Of a DNA stretch of 64,000 bases, positions 10,519 through 25,000 are shown in pieces. Position numbers and translations under genes: made by a program. Location of the stretch: NCBI RefSeq assembly GCF_009914755.1, contig NC_060936.1; one strand, written 5' to 3'. The notes beneath the pieces were generated by a model. It saw only the letters and a program-made list of their open reading frames with translations. It did no database searches and was not told the DNA's origin. This stretch comes from the human T2T-CHM13v2.0 reference genome, Homo sapiens. Each line of letters starts with the position of its first letter. The stretch's first letter is position 1.

Positions 10519-13500
10519 TCCCGTTTCCAACGAAGGCCTCAAAGAGGTCCAAATATCTGCTTGCAGACTTTACAGACAGAGTGTTTCCAAACTGCTCCAT
10601 CAAAAGAAAGGATAAACTCCTTGAGTTGAACACACACATCACAAAGTAGTTTCTGTGAATGATTCTGTCTAGTTTTTATACGAAGATGTTTCCTTTTCTA
10701 CCTTTGGTCTCAAAGCGATTGAAATCTCCACATGGAAACTCCACAAAAAGAGTGTTTCAAATCTGCTCTTTCTGAAGGAAGGTTCAACTCTGTGAGTTGA
10801 ATACACACACCACAAATAAGTTACTGAGAATTCTTCTGTGTAACATTATATGAGGAAATCCCGTTTCCAACGAAGGCCTCAAAGAGGTCCAAATATCCAC
10901 TTGCAGACTTTACAAAGACAGTGTCTCCAAACTCCTCCATCAAAAGAAAGGTTATACTCTGTGAATTGAACGCACACATCACAAAGTAGTTTCTGAGAAT
11001 GATTCTGTCTAGTTTTTATACGAAGATATTTCCTTTTCTACATTTGGCCTGAAAGCGCTTGAAATCTCCACGTGCAAATATCACAAAAAGAGGGTTTCAC
11101 ATCTGCTCTGTCTAAAGGACAGTTCACCTCTGTGAGTTGAATAGAGGCAACACAAAGAACTTACTCAGTATTCTTCTTTCTAGCGTTCTATGAAGAAATC
11201 CCGTTTCCAACGAAGGCCTCAAAGAGGTCCAAATATCTGCTTGCAGACTTTACAGACAGAGTGTTTCCAAACTACTCTATGAAAAGAAAGCTTAAACTCC
11301 TTGAGTTGAACGCACACATCACAAAGTAGTTTCTGAGAATGATTCTGTCTAGTTTTTATACGAAGATGTTTCCTTTTCTACATTTGGTCTCAAAGCGATT
11401 GAAATCTCCAACTGGAAACTGCACAAATAGGGTGTTTCAAATCTGCTCTGTCTAAAGGAAGGTTCAACTCTGTGAGTTGAATACACACACCACAAATAAG
11501 TTATTGAGAATTCTTCTGTCGAACATTACTTGAAGAAATCCCGTTTCCAACGAAGGCCTCAAAGAGGTCCAAATATCCACTTGCAGATATTACAAACAGA
11601 GTGTTTCCAAACGGCTCCATCAAAAGAAAGGTTAAACTCTGTGAGCTGAACACACACATCAAAAAGAAGTTTCTGTGAATGATTCTGTCTAGATTTTATA
11701 AGAAGATGTTTCCTTTTCTACCGTAGGACTCAAAGCGCTTGAAATCTCCAGCTGCAAATTCCACAAAAAGGGTGTTTAACATCTGCTCTTCTAAAGGAAA
11801 GTTCAACTCAATGAGTTGAATACACACAGCACAAAGAAGTTACTGAGACTTCTCCTATCAAACATTATATGAAGAAATCCCGTTTCCAACGAAGGCCTCA
11901 AAGAGGTCCAAATATGTGCTTGCAGACTTTAAAGACAGAGTTTTTCCAAACTGCTCCATCAAAAGAAAGGTTAAACTCCTTGAGTTGAACACACACATCA
12001 CAAAGTAGTTTCTGTGAATGATTCTGTCTAGTTTTTATACGAAGATGTTTCCTTTTCTACCTTTAGTCTCAAAGCGATTGAAATCTCCACATGGAAACTC
12101 CACAAAAAGAGTGTTTCAAATCTGCTCTTTCTGAAGGAAGGTTCAATTCTGTGAGTTGAATACACACACCACAAATAAGTTACTGAGAATTCTTCTGTGT
12201 AAAATTATATGAGGAAATCCCGTTTCCAACGAAGGCCTCAAAGAGGTCCAAATATCCACTTGCAGACTTTACAAAGACAGTGTCTCCAAACTCCTCCATC
12301 AAAAGAAAGGTTATACTCTGTGAATTGAACGCACACATCACAAAGTAGTTTCTGAGAATGATTCTGTCTAGTTTTTATACGAAGATATTTCCTTTTCTAC
12401 ATTTGGCCTAAAAGCGCTTGAAATCTCCACCTGCAAATATCACAAAAAGAGGGTTTCACATCTGCTCTGTCTAAAGGACAGTTCACCTCTGTGAGTTGAA
12501 TAGAGGCAACACAAAGAACTTAGTCAGTATTCTTCTTTCTAGCGTTCTATGAAGAAATCCCGTTTCCAACGAAGGCCCCAATGAGGTCCAAATATCTGCT
12601 TGCAGACTTTACAGACAGAGTGTTTCCAAACTACTCTATGAAAAGAAAGCTTAAACTCCTTGAGTTGAACGCACACATCACAAAGTAGTTTCTGAGAATG
12701 ATTCTGTCTAGTTTTTATACGAAGATGTTTCCTTTTCTACATTTGGTCTCAAAGCGATTGAAATCTCCAACTGGAAACTGCACAAATAGGGTGTTTCAAA
12801 TCTGCTCTGTCTAAAGGAAGGTTCAACTCTGTGAGTTGAATACACACACCACAAATAAGTTACTGAGAATTCTTCTGTCGAACATTACTTGAAGAAATCC
12901 CGTTTCCAACGAAGGCCTCAAAGAGGTCCAAATATCCACTTGCAGACATTACAAACAGAGTGTTTCCAAACTGCTCCATCAAAAGAAAGGTTAAACTCTG
13001 TGAGCTGAACACACACATCAAAAAGAAGTTTCTGTGAATGATTCTGTCTGGATTTTATAAGAAGATGTTTCCTTTTCTACCGTAGGCCTCAAAGCGCTTG
13101 AAATCTCCAGCTGCAAATTCCACAAAAAGGGTTTTTAACATCTGCTCTTCTAAAGGAAAGTTCAACTCTATGAGTTGAATACACACAGCACAAAGAAGTT
13201 ACTGAGACTTCTCCTATCAAACATTATATGAAGAAATCCCGTTTCCAACGAAGGCCTCAAAGAGGTCCAAATATCTGCTTGCAGACTTTACAGACAGAGT
13301 GTTTCCAAACTGCTCCATCAAAAGAAAGGTTAAACTCCTTGAGTTGAACACACACATCACAAAGTAGTTTCTGTGAATGATTCTGTCTAGTTTTTATACG
13401 AAGATGTTTCCTTTTCTACCTTTGGTCTCAAAGCGATTGAAATCTCCACATGGAAACACCACAAAAAGAGTGTTTCAAATCTGCTCTTTCTGAAGGAAGG

Positions 13501-15950
13501 TTCAACTCTGTGAGTTGAATACACACACCACAAATAAGTTACTGAGAATTCTTCTGTGTAACATTATATGAGGAAATCCCGTTTCCAACGAAGGCCTCAA
13601 AGAGGTCCAAATATCCACTTGCAGACTTTACAAAGACAGTGTCTCCAAACTCCTCCATCAAAAGAAAGGTTATACTCTGTGAATTGAACGCACACATCAC
13701 AAAGTAGTTTCTGAGAATGATTCTGTCTAGTTTTTATACGAAGATATTTCCTTTTCTACATTTGGCCTAAAAGCGCTTGAAATCTCCACGTGCAAATATC
13801 ACAAAAAGAGGGTTTCACACCTGCTCTGTCTAAAGGACAGTTCACCTCTGTGAGTTGAATAGAGGCAACACAAAGAACTTACTCAGTATTCTTCTTTCTA
13901 GCGTTCTATGAAGAAATCCCGTTTACAACGAAGGCCTCAAAGAGGTCCAAATATCTGCTTGCAGACTTTACAGACAGAGTGTTTCCAAACTACTCTATGA
14001 AAAGAAAGCTTAAACTCCTTGAGTTGAACGCACACATCACAAAGTAGTTTCTGAGAATGATTCTGTCTAGTTTTTATACGAAGATATTTCCTTTTCTACA
14101 TTTGTCTCAAAGCGATTGAAATCTCCAACTGGAAACTGCACAAATAGGGTGTTTCAAATCTGCTCTGTCTAAAGGGAGGTTCAACTCTGTGAGTTGAATA
14201 CACACACCACAAATAAGTTACTGAGAATTCTTCTCCCGAACATTACTTGAAGAAATCCCGTTTCCAACGAAGGCCTCAAAGAGGTCCAAATATCCACTTG
14301 CAGACATTACAAACAGAGTGTTTCCAAACTGCTCCATCAAAAGAAAGGTTAAACTCTGTGAGCTGAACACACACATCAAAAAGAAGTTTCTGTGAATGAT
14401 TCTGTCTAGATTTTATAAGATGTTTCCTTTTCTACCGTAGGCCTCAAAGCGCTTGAAATCTCCAGCTGCAAATTCCACAAAAAGGGTGTTTAACATCTGC
14501 TCTTCTAAAGGAAAGTTCAACTCTATGCGTTGAATACACACAGCACAAAGAAGTTACTGAGACTTCTCCTATCAAACATTATATGAAGAAATCCCGTTTC
14601 CAACGAAGGCCTCAAAGAGGTCCAAATATCTGCTTGCAGACTTTACAGACAGAGTGTTTCCAAACTGCTCCATCAAAAGAAAGGTTAAACTCCTTGAGTT
14701 GAACACACACATCACAAAGTAGTTTCTGTGAATGATTCTGTCCAGTTTTTATACGAAGATGTTTCCTTTTCTACCTTTGGTCTCAAAGCGATTGAAATCT
14801 CCACATGGAAACTCCACAAAAAGAGTGTTTCAAATCTGCTCTTTCTGAAGGAAGGTTCAACTCTGTGAGTTGAATACACACACCACAAATAAGTTACTGA
14901 GAATTCTTCTGTGTAACATTATATGAGGAAATCCCGTTTCCAACGAAGGCCTCAAAGAGGTCCAAATATCCACTTGCAGACTTTACAAAGACAGTGTCTC
15001 CAAACTCCTCCATCAAAAGAAAGGTTATACTCTGTGAATTGAACGCACACATCACAAAGTAGTTTCTGAGAATGATTCTGTCTAGTTTTTATACGAAGAT
15101 ATTTCCTTTTCTACATTTGGCCTAAAAGCGCTTGAAATCTGCACGTGCAAATATCACAAAAAGAGGGTTTCACATCTGCTCTGTCTAAAGGACAGTTCAC
15201 CTCTGTGAGTTGAATAGAGGCAACACAAAGAACTTACTCAGTATTCTTCTTTCTAGCGTTCTATGAAGAAATCCCGTTTCCAACGAAGGCCTCAAAGAGG
15301 TCCAAATATCTGCTTGCAGACTTTACAGACAGAGTGTTTCCAAACTACTCTATGAAAAGAAAGCTTAAACTCCTTGAGTTGAACGCACACATCACAAAGT
15401 AGTTTCTGAGAATGATTCTGTCTAGTTTTTATACGAAGATGTTTCCTTTTCTACATTTGGTCTCAAAGCGATTGAAATCTCCAACTGGAAACTGCACAAA
15501 TAGGGTGTTTCAAATCTGCTCTGTCTAAAGGAAGGTTCAACTCTGTGAGTTGAATACACACACCACAAATAAGTTACTGAGAATTCTTCTGTCGAACATT
15601 ACTTGAAGAAATCCCGTTTCCAAAGAAGGCCTCAAAGAGGTCCAAATATCCACTTGCAGACATTACAAACAGAGTGTTTCCAAACTGCTCCATCAAAAGA
15701 AAGGTTAAACTCTGTGAGCTGAACACACACATCAAAAAGAAGTTTCTGTGAATGATTCTGTCTAGATTTTATAAGAAGATGTTTCCTTTTCTACCGTAGG
15801 CCTCAAAGCGCTTGAAATCTCCAGCTGCAAATTCCACAAAAAGGGTGTTTAACATCTGCTCTTCTAAAGGAAAGTTCAGCTCAATGAGTTGAATACACAC
15901 AGCACAAAGAAGTTACTGAGACTTCTCCTATCAAACATTATATGAAGAAA
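10519..15950 (-). repeat. Run of four canonical ABCD 8-mer HORs
   Basis: A dimers start at 10519, 11878, 13237 and 14592. The third unit is 4 bp short because of a 1-bp deletion (tttgtctc) and a 3-bp deletion (ttataagatg). Confidence 0.9.
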
Positions 15951-18900
15951 TCCCGTTTCCAACGAAGGCCCCAAAGAGGTCCAAATATCTGCTTGCAGAC
16001 TTTACAAAGACAGTGTCTCCAAACTCCTCCATCAAAAGAAAGGTTATACTCTGTGAATTGAACGCACACATCACAAAGTAGTTTCTGAGAATGATTCTGT
16101 CTAGTTTTTATATGAAGATATTTCCTTTTCTACATTTGGCCTAAAAGCGCTTGAAATCTCCACCTGCAAATATCACAAAAAGAGGGTTTCACATCTGCTC
16201 TTTCTAAAGGACAGTTCACCTCTGTGAGTTGAATAGAGGCAACACAAAGAACTTACTCAGTATTCTTCTTTCTAGCGTTCTATGAAGAAATCCCGTTTCC
16301 AACGAAGGCCCCAAAGAGGTCCAAATATCTGCTTGCAGACTTTACAGACAGTGTTTCCAAACTACTTTATGAAAAGAAAGCTTAAACTCCTTGAGTTGAA
16401 CGCTCACATCACAAAGTAGTTTCTGAGAATGATTCTGTCTAGTTTTAATACGAAGATGTTTCCTTTTCTACATTTGGTCTCAAAGCGATTGAAATCTCCA
16501 ACTGGAAACTGCACAAATAGGGTGTTTCAAATCTGCTCTGTCTAAAGGAAGGTTCAACTCTGTGAGTTGAATACACACACCACAAATAAGTTACTGAGAA
16601 TTCTTCTGTCGAACATTACTTGAAGAAATCCCGTTTCCAACGAAGGCCTCAAAGAGGTCCAAATATCTGTTTGCAGACTTTACAGATAGAGTGTTTCCAA
16701 ACTGCTCCATGAAAAGAAAGGTTAAACTCCTTGAGTTGATCACACACATCACAAAGTAGTTTCTGTGAATGATTCTGTCTAGTTTTTATACGAAGATGTT
16801 TCCTTTTCTACCTTTGGTCTCAAAGCGATTGAAATCTCCACATGGAAACTCCACAAAAAGAGGGTTTCAAATCTGCTCTTTCTGAAGTAAGGTTCACCTC
16901 TGTGATTTGAATAAACACACCACAAATAAGTTACTGAGAATTCTTCTGTGTAACATTATATGAGGAAATCCCGTTTCCAACGAAGGCCTCAAAGAGGTCC
17001 AAATATCCACTTGCAGACTTTAGAAACACAGTGTCTCCAAACTCCTCCATCAAAAGAAAGGTTATACTCTGTGAAATGAACGCACACATCAGAAAGTAGT
17101 TTCTGAGAATGATTCTGTCTAGTTTTTATACGAAGATATTTCCTTTTCTACATTTGGCCTAAAAGCGCTTGAAATCTCCACCTGCAAATATCACAAAAAG
17201 AGGGTTTCACATCTGCTCTGTCTAAAGGACAGTTCACCTCTGCGAGTTGAATAGAGGCAACACAAAGAACTTACTCAGTATTCTTCTTTCTAGCGTTCCA
17301 TGAAGAAATCCCGTTTCCAACGAAGGCCCCAAAGAGGTCCAAATATCTGCTTGCAGACTTTACAGACAGAGTGTTTCCAAACTACTCTATGAAAAGAAAG
17401 CTTAAACTCCTTGAGTTGAACGCACACATCACAAAGTAGTTTCTGAGAATAATTCTGTCTAGTTTTTATACGAAGATGTTTCCTTTTCTACATTTGGTCT
17501 CAAAGCGATTGAAATCTCCAACTGGAAACTGCACAAATAGGGTGTTTCAAATCTGCTCTGTCTAAAGGAAGGTTCAACTCTGTGAGTTGAATACACACAC
17601 CACAAATAAGTTACTGAGAATTCTTCTGTCGAACATTACAGGAAGAAATCCCGTTTCCAACGAAGGCCTCAAAGAGGTCCAAATATCCACTTGCAGAGAT
17701 TACAAACAGTGTGTTTCCAAACTGCTCCATCAAAAGAAAGGTTAAACTCTGTGAGCTGAACACACACATCAAAAAGAAGTTTCTGTGAATGATTCTGTCT
17801 AGATTTTATAAGAAGATGTTTCCTTTTCTACCGTAGGCCTCAAAGTGCTTGAAATCTCCAGCTGCAAATTCCACAAAAAGGGTGTTTAACATCTGCTCTT
17901 CTAAAGGAAAGTTCAACTCTATGAGTTGAATACACACAGCACAAAGAAGTTACTGAGACTTCTCCTATCAAACATTATATGAAGAAATCCCGTTTCCAAC
18001 GAAGGCCTCAAAGAGGTCCAAATATCTGCTTGCAGACTTTACAGACAGAGTGTTTCCAAACTGCTCCATCAAAAGAAAGGTTAAACTCCTTGAGTTGAAC
18101 ACACACATCACAAAGTAGTTTCTGTGAATGATTCTGTCTAGTTTTTATACGAAGATATTTCCTTTTCTACCTTTGGTCTCAAAGCGATTGAAATCTCCAC
18201 ATGGAAACTCCACAAAAAGAGTGTTTCAAATCTGCTCTTTCTGAAGGAAGGTTCAACTCTGTGAGTTGAATACACACACCACAAATAAGTTACTGAGAAT
18301 TCTTCTGTGTAACATTATATGAGGAAATCCCGTTTCCAACGAAGGCCTCAAAGAGGTCCAAATATCCACTTGCAGACTTTACAAAGACAGTGTCTCGAAA
18401 CTCCTCCATCAAAAGAAAGGTTATACTCAGTGAATTGAGCGCACACATCAGAAAGTAGTTTCTGAGAATGACTGTCTAGTTTTTATACAAAGATATTTCC
18501 TTTTCTACATTTGGCCTAAAAGCGCTTGAAATCTCCACCTGCAAATATCACAAAAAGAGGGTTTCACATCTGCTCTGTCTAAAGGACAGTTCACCTCTGT
18601 GAGTTGAATAGAGGCAACACAAAGAACTTACTCAGTATTCTTCTTTCTAGCGTTCTATGAAGAAATCCCGTTTCCAACGAAGGCCTCAAAGAGGTCCAAA
18701 TATCTGCTTGCAGACTTTACAGACAGAGTGTTTCCAAACTACTCTATGAAAAGAAAGCTTAAACTCCTTGAGTTGAACGCACACATCACAAAGTAGTTTC
18801 TGAGAATGATTCTGTCTAGTTTTTATACGAAGATGTTTCCTTTTCTACATTTGGTCTCAAAGCGATTGAAATCTCCAACTGGAAACTGCACAAATAGGGT

Positions 18901-21900
18901 GTTTCAAATCTGCTCTGTCTAAAGGAAGGTTCAACTCTGTGAGTTGAATACACACACCACAAATAAGTTACTGAGAATTCTTCTGTCGAACATTACTTGA
19001 AGAAATCCCGTTTCCAAAGAAGGCCTCAAAGAGGTCCAAATATCCACTTGCAGACATTACAAACAGAGTGTTTCCAAACTGCTCCATCAAAAGAAAGGTT
19101 AAACTCTGTGAGCTGAACACACACATCAAAAAGAAGTTTCTGTGAATGATTCTGTCTAGATTTTATAAGAAGATGTTTCCTTTTCTACCGTAGGCCTCAA
19201 AGCGCTTGAAATCTCCAGCTGCAAATTCCACAAAAAGGGTGTTTAACATCTGCTCTTCTAAAGGAAAGTTCAGCTCAATGAGTTGAATACACACAGCACA
19301 AAGAAGTTACTGAGACTTCTCCTATCAAACATTATATGAAGAAATCCCGTTTCCAACGAAGGCCCCAAAGAGGTCCAAATATCTGCTTGCAGACTTTACA
19401 AAGACAGTGTCTCCAAACTCCTCCATCAAAAGAAAGGTTATACTCTGTGAATTGAACGCACACATCACAAAGTAGTTTCTGAGAATGATTCTGTCTAGTT
19501 TTTATATGAAGATATTTCCTTTTCTACATTTGGCCTAAAAGCGCTTGAAATCTCCACCTGCAAATATCACAAAAAGAGGGTTTCACATCTGCTCTTTCTA
19601 AAGGACAGTTCACCTCTGTGAGTTGAATAGAGGCAACACAAAGAACTTACTCAGTATTCTTCTTTCTAGCGTTCTATGAAGAAATCCCGTTTCCAACGAA
19701 GGCCCCAAAGAGGTCCAAATATCTGCTTGCAGACTTTACAGACAGTGTTTCCAAACTACTTTATGAAAAGAAAGCTTAAACTCCTTGAGTTGAACGCTCA
19801 CATCACAAAGTAGTTTCTGAGAATGATTCTGTCTAGTTTTAATACGAAGATGTTTCCTTTTCTACATTTGGTCTCAAAGCGATTGAAATCTCCAACTGGA
19901 AACTGCACAAATAGGGTGTTTCAAATCTGCTCTGTCTAAAGGAAGGTTCAACTCTGTGAGTTGAATACACACACCACAAATAAGTTACTGAGAATTCTTC
20001 TGTCGAACATTACTTGAAGAAATCCCGTTTCCAACGAAGGCCTCAAAGAGGTCCAAATATCTGTTTGCAGACTTTACAGATAGAGTGTTTCCAAACTGCT
20101 CCATGAAAAGAAAGGTTAAACTCCTTGAGTTGATCACACACATCACAAAGTAGTTTCTGTGAATGATTCTGTCTAGTTTTTATACGAAGATGTTTCCTTT
20201 TCTACCTTTGGTCTCAAAGCGATTGAAATCTCCACATGGAAACTCCACAAAAAGAGGGTTTCAAATCTGCTCTTTCTGAAGTAAGGTTCACCTCTGTGAT
20301 TTGAATAAACACACCACAAATAAGTTACTGAGAATTCTTCTGTGTAACATTATATGAGGAAATCCCGTTTCCAACGAAGGCCTCAAAGAGGTCCAAATAT
20401 CCACTTGCAGACTTTAGAAACACAGTGTCTCCAAACTCCTCCATCAAAAGAAAGGTTATACTCTGTGAAATGAACGCACACATCAGAAAGTAGTTTCTGA
20501 GAATGATTCTGTCTAGTTTTTATACGAAGATATTTCCTTTTCTACATTTGGCCTAAAAGCGCTTGAAATCTCCACCTGCAAATATCACAAAAAGAGGGTT
20601 TCACATCTGCTCTGTCTAAAGGACAGTTCACCTCTGCGAGTTGAATAGAGGCAACACAAAGAACTTACTCAGTATTCTTCTTTCTAGCGTTCCATGAAGA
20701 AATCCCGTTTCCAACGAAGGCCCCAAAGAGGTCCAAATATCTGCTTGCAGACTTTACAGACAGAGTGTTTCCAAACTACTCTATGAAAAGAAAGCTTAAA
20801 CTCCTTGAGTTGAACGCACACATCACAAAGTAGTTTCTGAGAATAATTCTGTCTAGTTTTTATACGAAGATGTTTCCTTTTCTACATTTGGTCTCAAAGC
20901 GATTGAAATCTCCAACTGGAAACTGCACAAATAGGGTGTTTCAAATCTGCTCTGTCTAAAGGAAGGTTCAACTCTGTGAGTTGAATACACACACCACAAA
21001 TAAGTTACTGAGAATTCTTCTGTCGAACATTACAGGAAGAAATCCCGTTTCCAACGAAGGCCTCAAAGAGGTCCAAATATCCACTTGCAGAGATTACAAA
21101 CAGTGTGTTTCCAAACTGCTCCATCAAAAGAAAGGTTAAACTCTGTGAGCTGAACACACACATCAAAAAGAAGTTTCTGTGAATGATTCTGTCTAGATTT
21201 TATAAGAAGATGTTTCCTTTTCTACCGTAGGCCTCAAAGCGCTTGAAATCTCCAGCTGCAAATTCCACAAAAAGGGTGTTTAACATCTGCTCTTCTAAAG
21301 GAAAGTTCAACTCTATGAGTTGAATACACACAGCACAAAGAAGTTACTGAGACTTCTCCTATCAAACATTATATGAAGAAATCCCGTTTCCAACGAAGGC
21401 CTCAAAGAGGTCCAAATATCTGCTTGCAGACTTTACAGACAGAGTGTTTCCAAACTGCTCCATCAAAAGAAAGGTTAAACTCCTTGAGTTGAACACACAC
21501 ATCACAAAGTAGTTTCTGTGAATGATTCTGTCTAGTTTTTATACGAAGATATTTCCTTTTCTACCTTTGGTCTCAAAGCGATTGAAATCTCCACATGGAA
21601 ACTCCACAAAAAGAGTGTTTCAAATCTGCTCTTTCTGAAGGAAGGTTCAACTCTGTGAGTTGAATACACACACCACAAATAAGTTACTGAGAATTCTTCT
21701 GTGTAACATTATATGAGGAAATCCCGTTTCCAACGAAGGCCTCAAAGAGGTCCAAATATCCACTTGCAGACTTTAGAAAGACAGTGTCTCGAAACTCCTC
21801 CATCAAAAGAAAGGTTATACTCAGTGAATTGAGCGCACACATCAGAAAGTAGTTTCTGAGAATGACTGTCTAGTTTTTATACAAAGATATTTCCTTTTCT

Positions 21901-22059
21901 ACATTTGGCCTAAAAGCGCTTGAAATCTCCACCTGCAAATATCACAAAAAGAGGGTTTCACATCTGCTCTGTCTAAAGGACAGTTCACCTCTGTGAGTTG
22001 AATAGAGGCAACACAAAGAACTTACTCAGTATTCTTCTTTCTAGCGTTCTATGAAGAAA
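15272..22059 (-). repeat. Tandem duplication of a 3394-bp 20-mer block (C-D-B-C-A-B-C-D-A-B) x2
   Basis: Rare variants repeat at offset 3394: ccaaagaag box (15612/19006), ttcagctcaatg, 2-bp deletion gacagtgttt, gttgatcac, gaagtaagg, tctcgaaac and 2-bp deletion gaatgactg. Confidence 0.92.
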
Positions 22060-25000
22060 TCCCGTTTCCAACGAAGGCCCCAAAGAGGTCCAAATATCTG
22101 CTTGCACACTTTACAGACAGAGTGTTTCCAAACTACTCTATGAAAAGAAAGCTTAAACTCCTTGAGTTGAACGCACACATCACAAAGTAGTTTCTGAGAA
22201 TGATTCTGTCTAGTTTTTATACGAAGATGTTTCCTTTTCTACATTTGGTCTCAAAGCGATTGAAATCTCCAACTGGAAACTGCACAAATAGGGTGTTTCA
22301 AATCTGCTCTGTCTAAAGGAAGGTTCAACTCTGTGAGTTGAATACACACACCACAAATAAGTTACTGAGAATTCTTCTGTCTAACATTACTTGAAGAAAT
22401 CCCGTTTCCAACGAAGGCCTCAAAGAGGTCCAAATAACCACTTGCAGACATTACAAACAGAGTGTTTCCAAACTGCTCCATCAAAAGAAAGGTTAAACTC
22501 TGTGAGCTGAACACACACATCAAAAAGAAGTTTCTGTGAATGATTCTGTCTAGATTTTATAAGAAGATGTTTCCTTTTCTACCGTAGGCCTCAAAGCGCT
22601 GGAAATCTCCAGCTGCAAATTCCACAAAAAGGGTGTTTAACATCTGCTCTTCTAAAGGAAAGTTCAACTCTATGAGTTGAATACACACAGCACAAAGAAG
22701 TTACTGAGACTTCTCCTATCAAACATTATATGAAGAAATCCCGTTTCCAACGAAGGCCTCAAAGAGGTCCAAATATCTGCTTGCAGACTTTAAAGACAGA
22801 GTTTTTCCAAACTGCTCCATCAAAAGAAAGGTTAAACTTCTTGAGTTGAACACACACATCACAAAGTAGTTTCTTTGAATGATTCTGTCTAGTTTTTATA
22901 CGAAGATGTTTCCTTTTCTACCTTTGGTCTCAAAGCGATTGAAATCTCCACATGGAAACTCCACAAAAAGAGTGTTTCAAATCTGCTCTTTCTGAAGGAA
23001 GGTTCAACTCTGTGAGTTGAATACACACACCACAAATAAGTTACTGAGAATTCTTCTGTGTAACATTATATGAGGAAATCCCGTTTCCAACGAAGGCCTC
23101 AAAGAGGTCCAAATATCCACTTGCAGACTTTACAAAGACAGTGTCTCCAAACTCCTCCATCAAAAGAAAGGTTATACTCTGTGAATTGAACGCACACATC
23201 ACAAAGTAGTTTCTGAGAATGATTCTGTCTAGTTTTTATACGAAGATATTTCCTTTTCTACATTTGGCCTAAAAGCGCTTGAAATCTCCACGTGCAAATA
23301 TCACAAAAAGAGGGTTTCACACCTGCTCTGTCTAAAGGACAGTTCACCTCTGTGAGTTGAATAGAGGCAACACAAAGAACTTACTCAGTATTCTTCTTTC
23401 TTGCGTTCTATGAAGAAATCCCGTTTCCAACGAAGGCCCCAAAGAGGTCCAAATATCTGCTTGCACACTTTACAGACAGAGTGTTTCCAAACTACTCTAT
23501 GAAAAGAAAGCTTAAACTCCTTGAGTTGAACGCACACATCACAAAGTAGTTTCTGAGAATGATTCTGTCCAGTTTTTATACGAAGATGTTTCCTTTTCTA
23601 CATTTGGTCTCAAAGCGATTGAAATCTCCAACTGGAAACTGCACAAATACGGTGTTTCAAATCTGCTCTGTGTAAAGGAAGGTTCAACTCTGTGAGTTGA
23701 ATACACACACCACAAATAAGTTACTGAGAATTCTTCTGTCGAACATTACTTGAAGAAATCCCGTTTCCAACGAAGGCCTCAAAGAGGTCCAAATATTCAC
23801 TTGCAGATATTACAAACAGAGTGTTTCCAAACTGCTCCAACAAAAGAAAGGTTAAACTCTGTGAGCTGAACACACACATCAAAAACAAGTTTCTGTGAAT
23901 GATTCTGTCTAGATTTTATAAGAAGATGTTTCCTTTTCTACCGTAGGACTCAAAGCGCTTGAAATCTCCAGCTGCAAATTCCACAAAAAGGGTGTTTAAC
24001 ATCTGCTCTTCTAAAGGAAAGTTCAACTCTATGAGTTGAATACACACAGCACAAAGAAGTTACTGAGACTTCTCCTATCAAACATTATATGAAGAAATCC
24101 CGTTTCCAACGAAGGCCTCAAAGAGGTCCAAATATCTGCTTGCAGACTTTAAAGACAGAGTTTTTCCAAACTGCTCCATCAAAAGAAAGGTTAAACTCCT
24201 TGAGTTGAACACACACATCACAAAGTAGTTTCTGTGAATGATTCTGTCTAGTTTTTATACGAAGATGTTTCCTTTTCTAGCTTTGGTCTCAAAGCGATTG
24301 AAATCTCCACATGGAAACTCCACAAAAAGAGTGTTTCAAATCTGCTGTTTCTGAAGGAAGGTTCAACTCTGTGAGTTGAATACACGCACCACAAATAAGT
24401 TACTGGGAATTCTTCTGTGTAAAATTATATGAGGAAATCCCGTTTCCAACGAAGGCCTCAAAGAGGTCCAAATATCCACTTGCAGACTTTACAAAGACAG
24501 TGTCTCCAAACTCCTCCATCAAAAGAAAGGTTATACTCTGTGAATTGAACGCACACATCACAAAGTAGTTTCTGAGAATGATTCTGTCTAGTTTTTATAC
24601 GAAGATATTTCCTTTTCTACATTTGGCCTAAAAGCGCTTGAAATCTCCACCTGCAAATATCACAAAAAGACGGTTTCACATCTGCTCTGTCTAAAGGACA
24701 GTTCACCTCTGTGAGTTGAATAGAGGCAACACAAAGAACTTACTGAGTATTCTTCTTTCTAGCGTTCTATGAAGAAATCCCGTTTCCAACGAAGGCCCCA
24801 ATGAGGTCCAAATATCTGCTTGCAGACTTTACAGACAGAGTGTTTCCAAACTACTCTATGAAAAGAAAGCTTAAACTCCTTGAGTTGAACGCACACATCA
24901 CAAAGTAGTTTCTGAGAATGATTCTGTCTAGTTTTTATACGAAGATGTTTCCTTTTCTACATTTGGTCTCAAAGCGATTGAAATCTCCAACTGGAAACTG

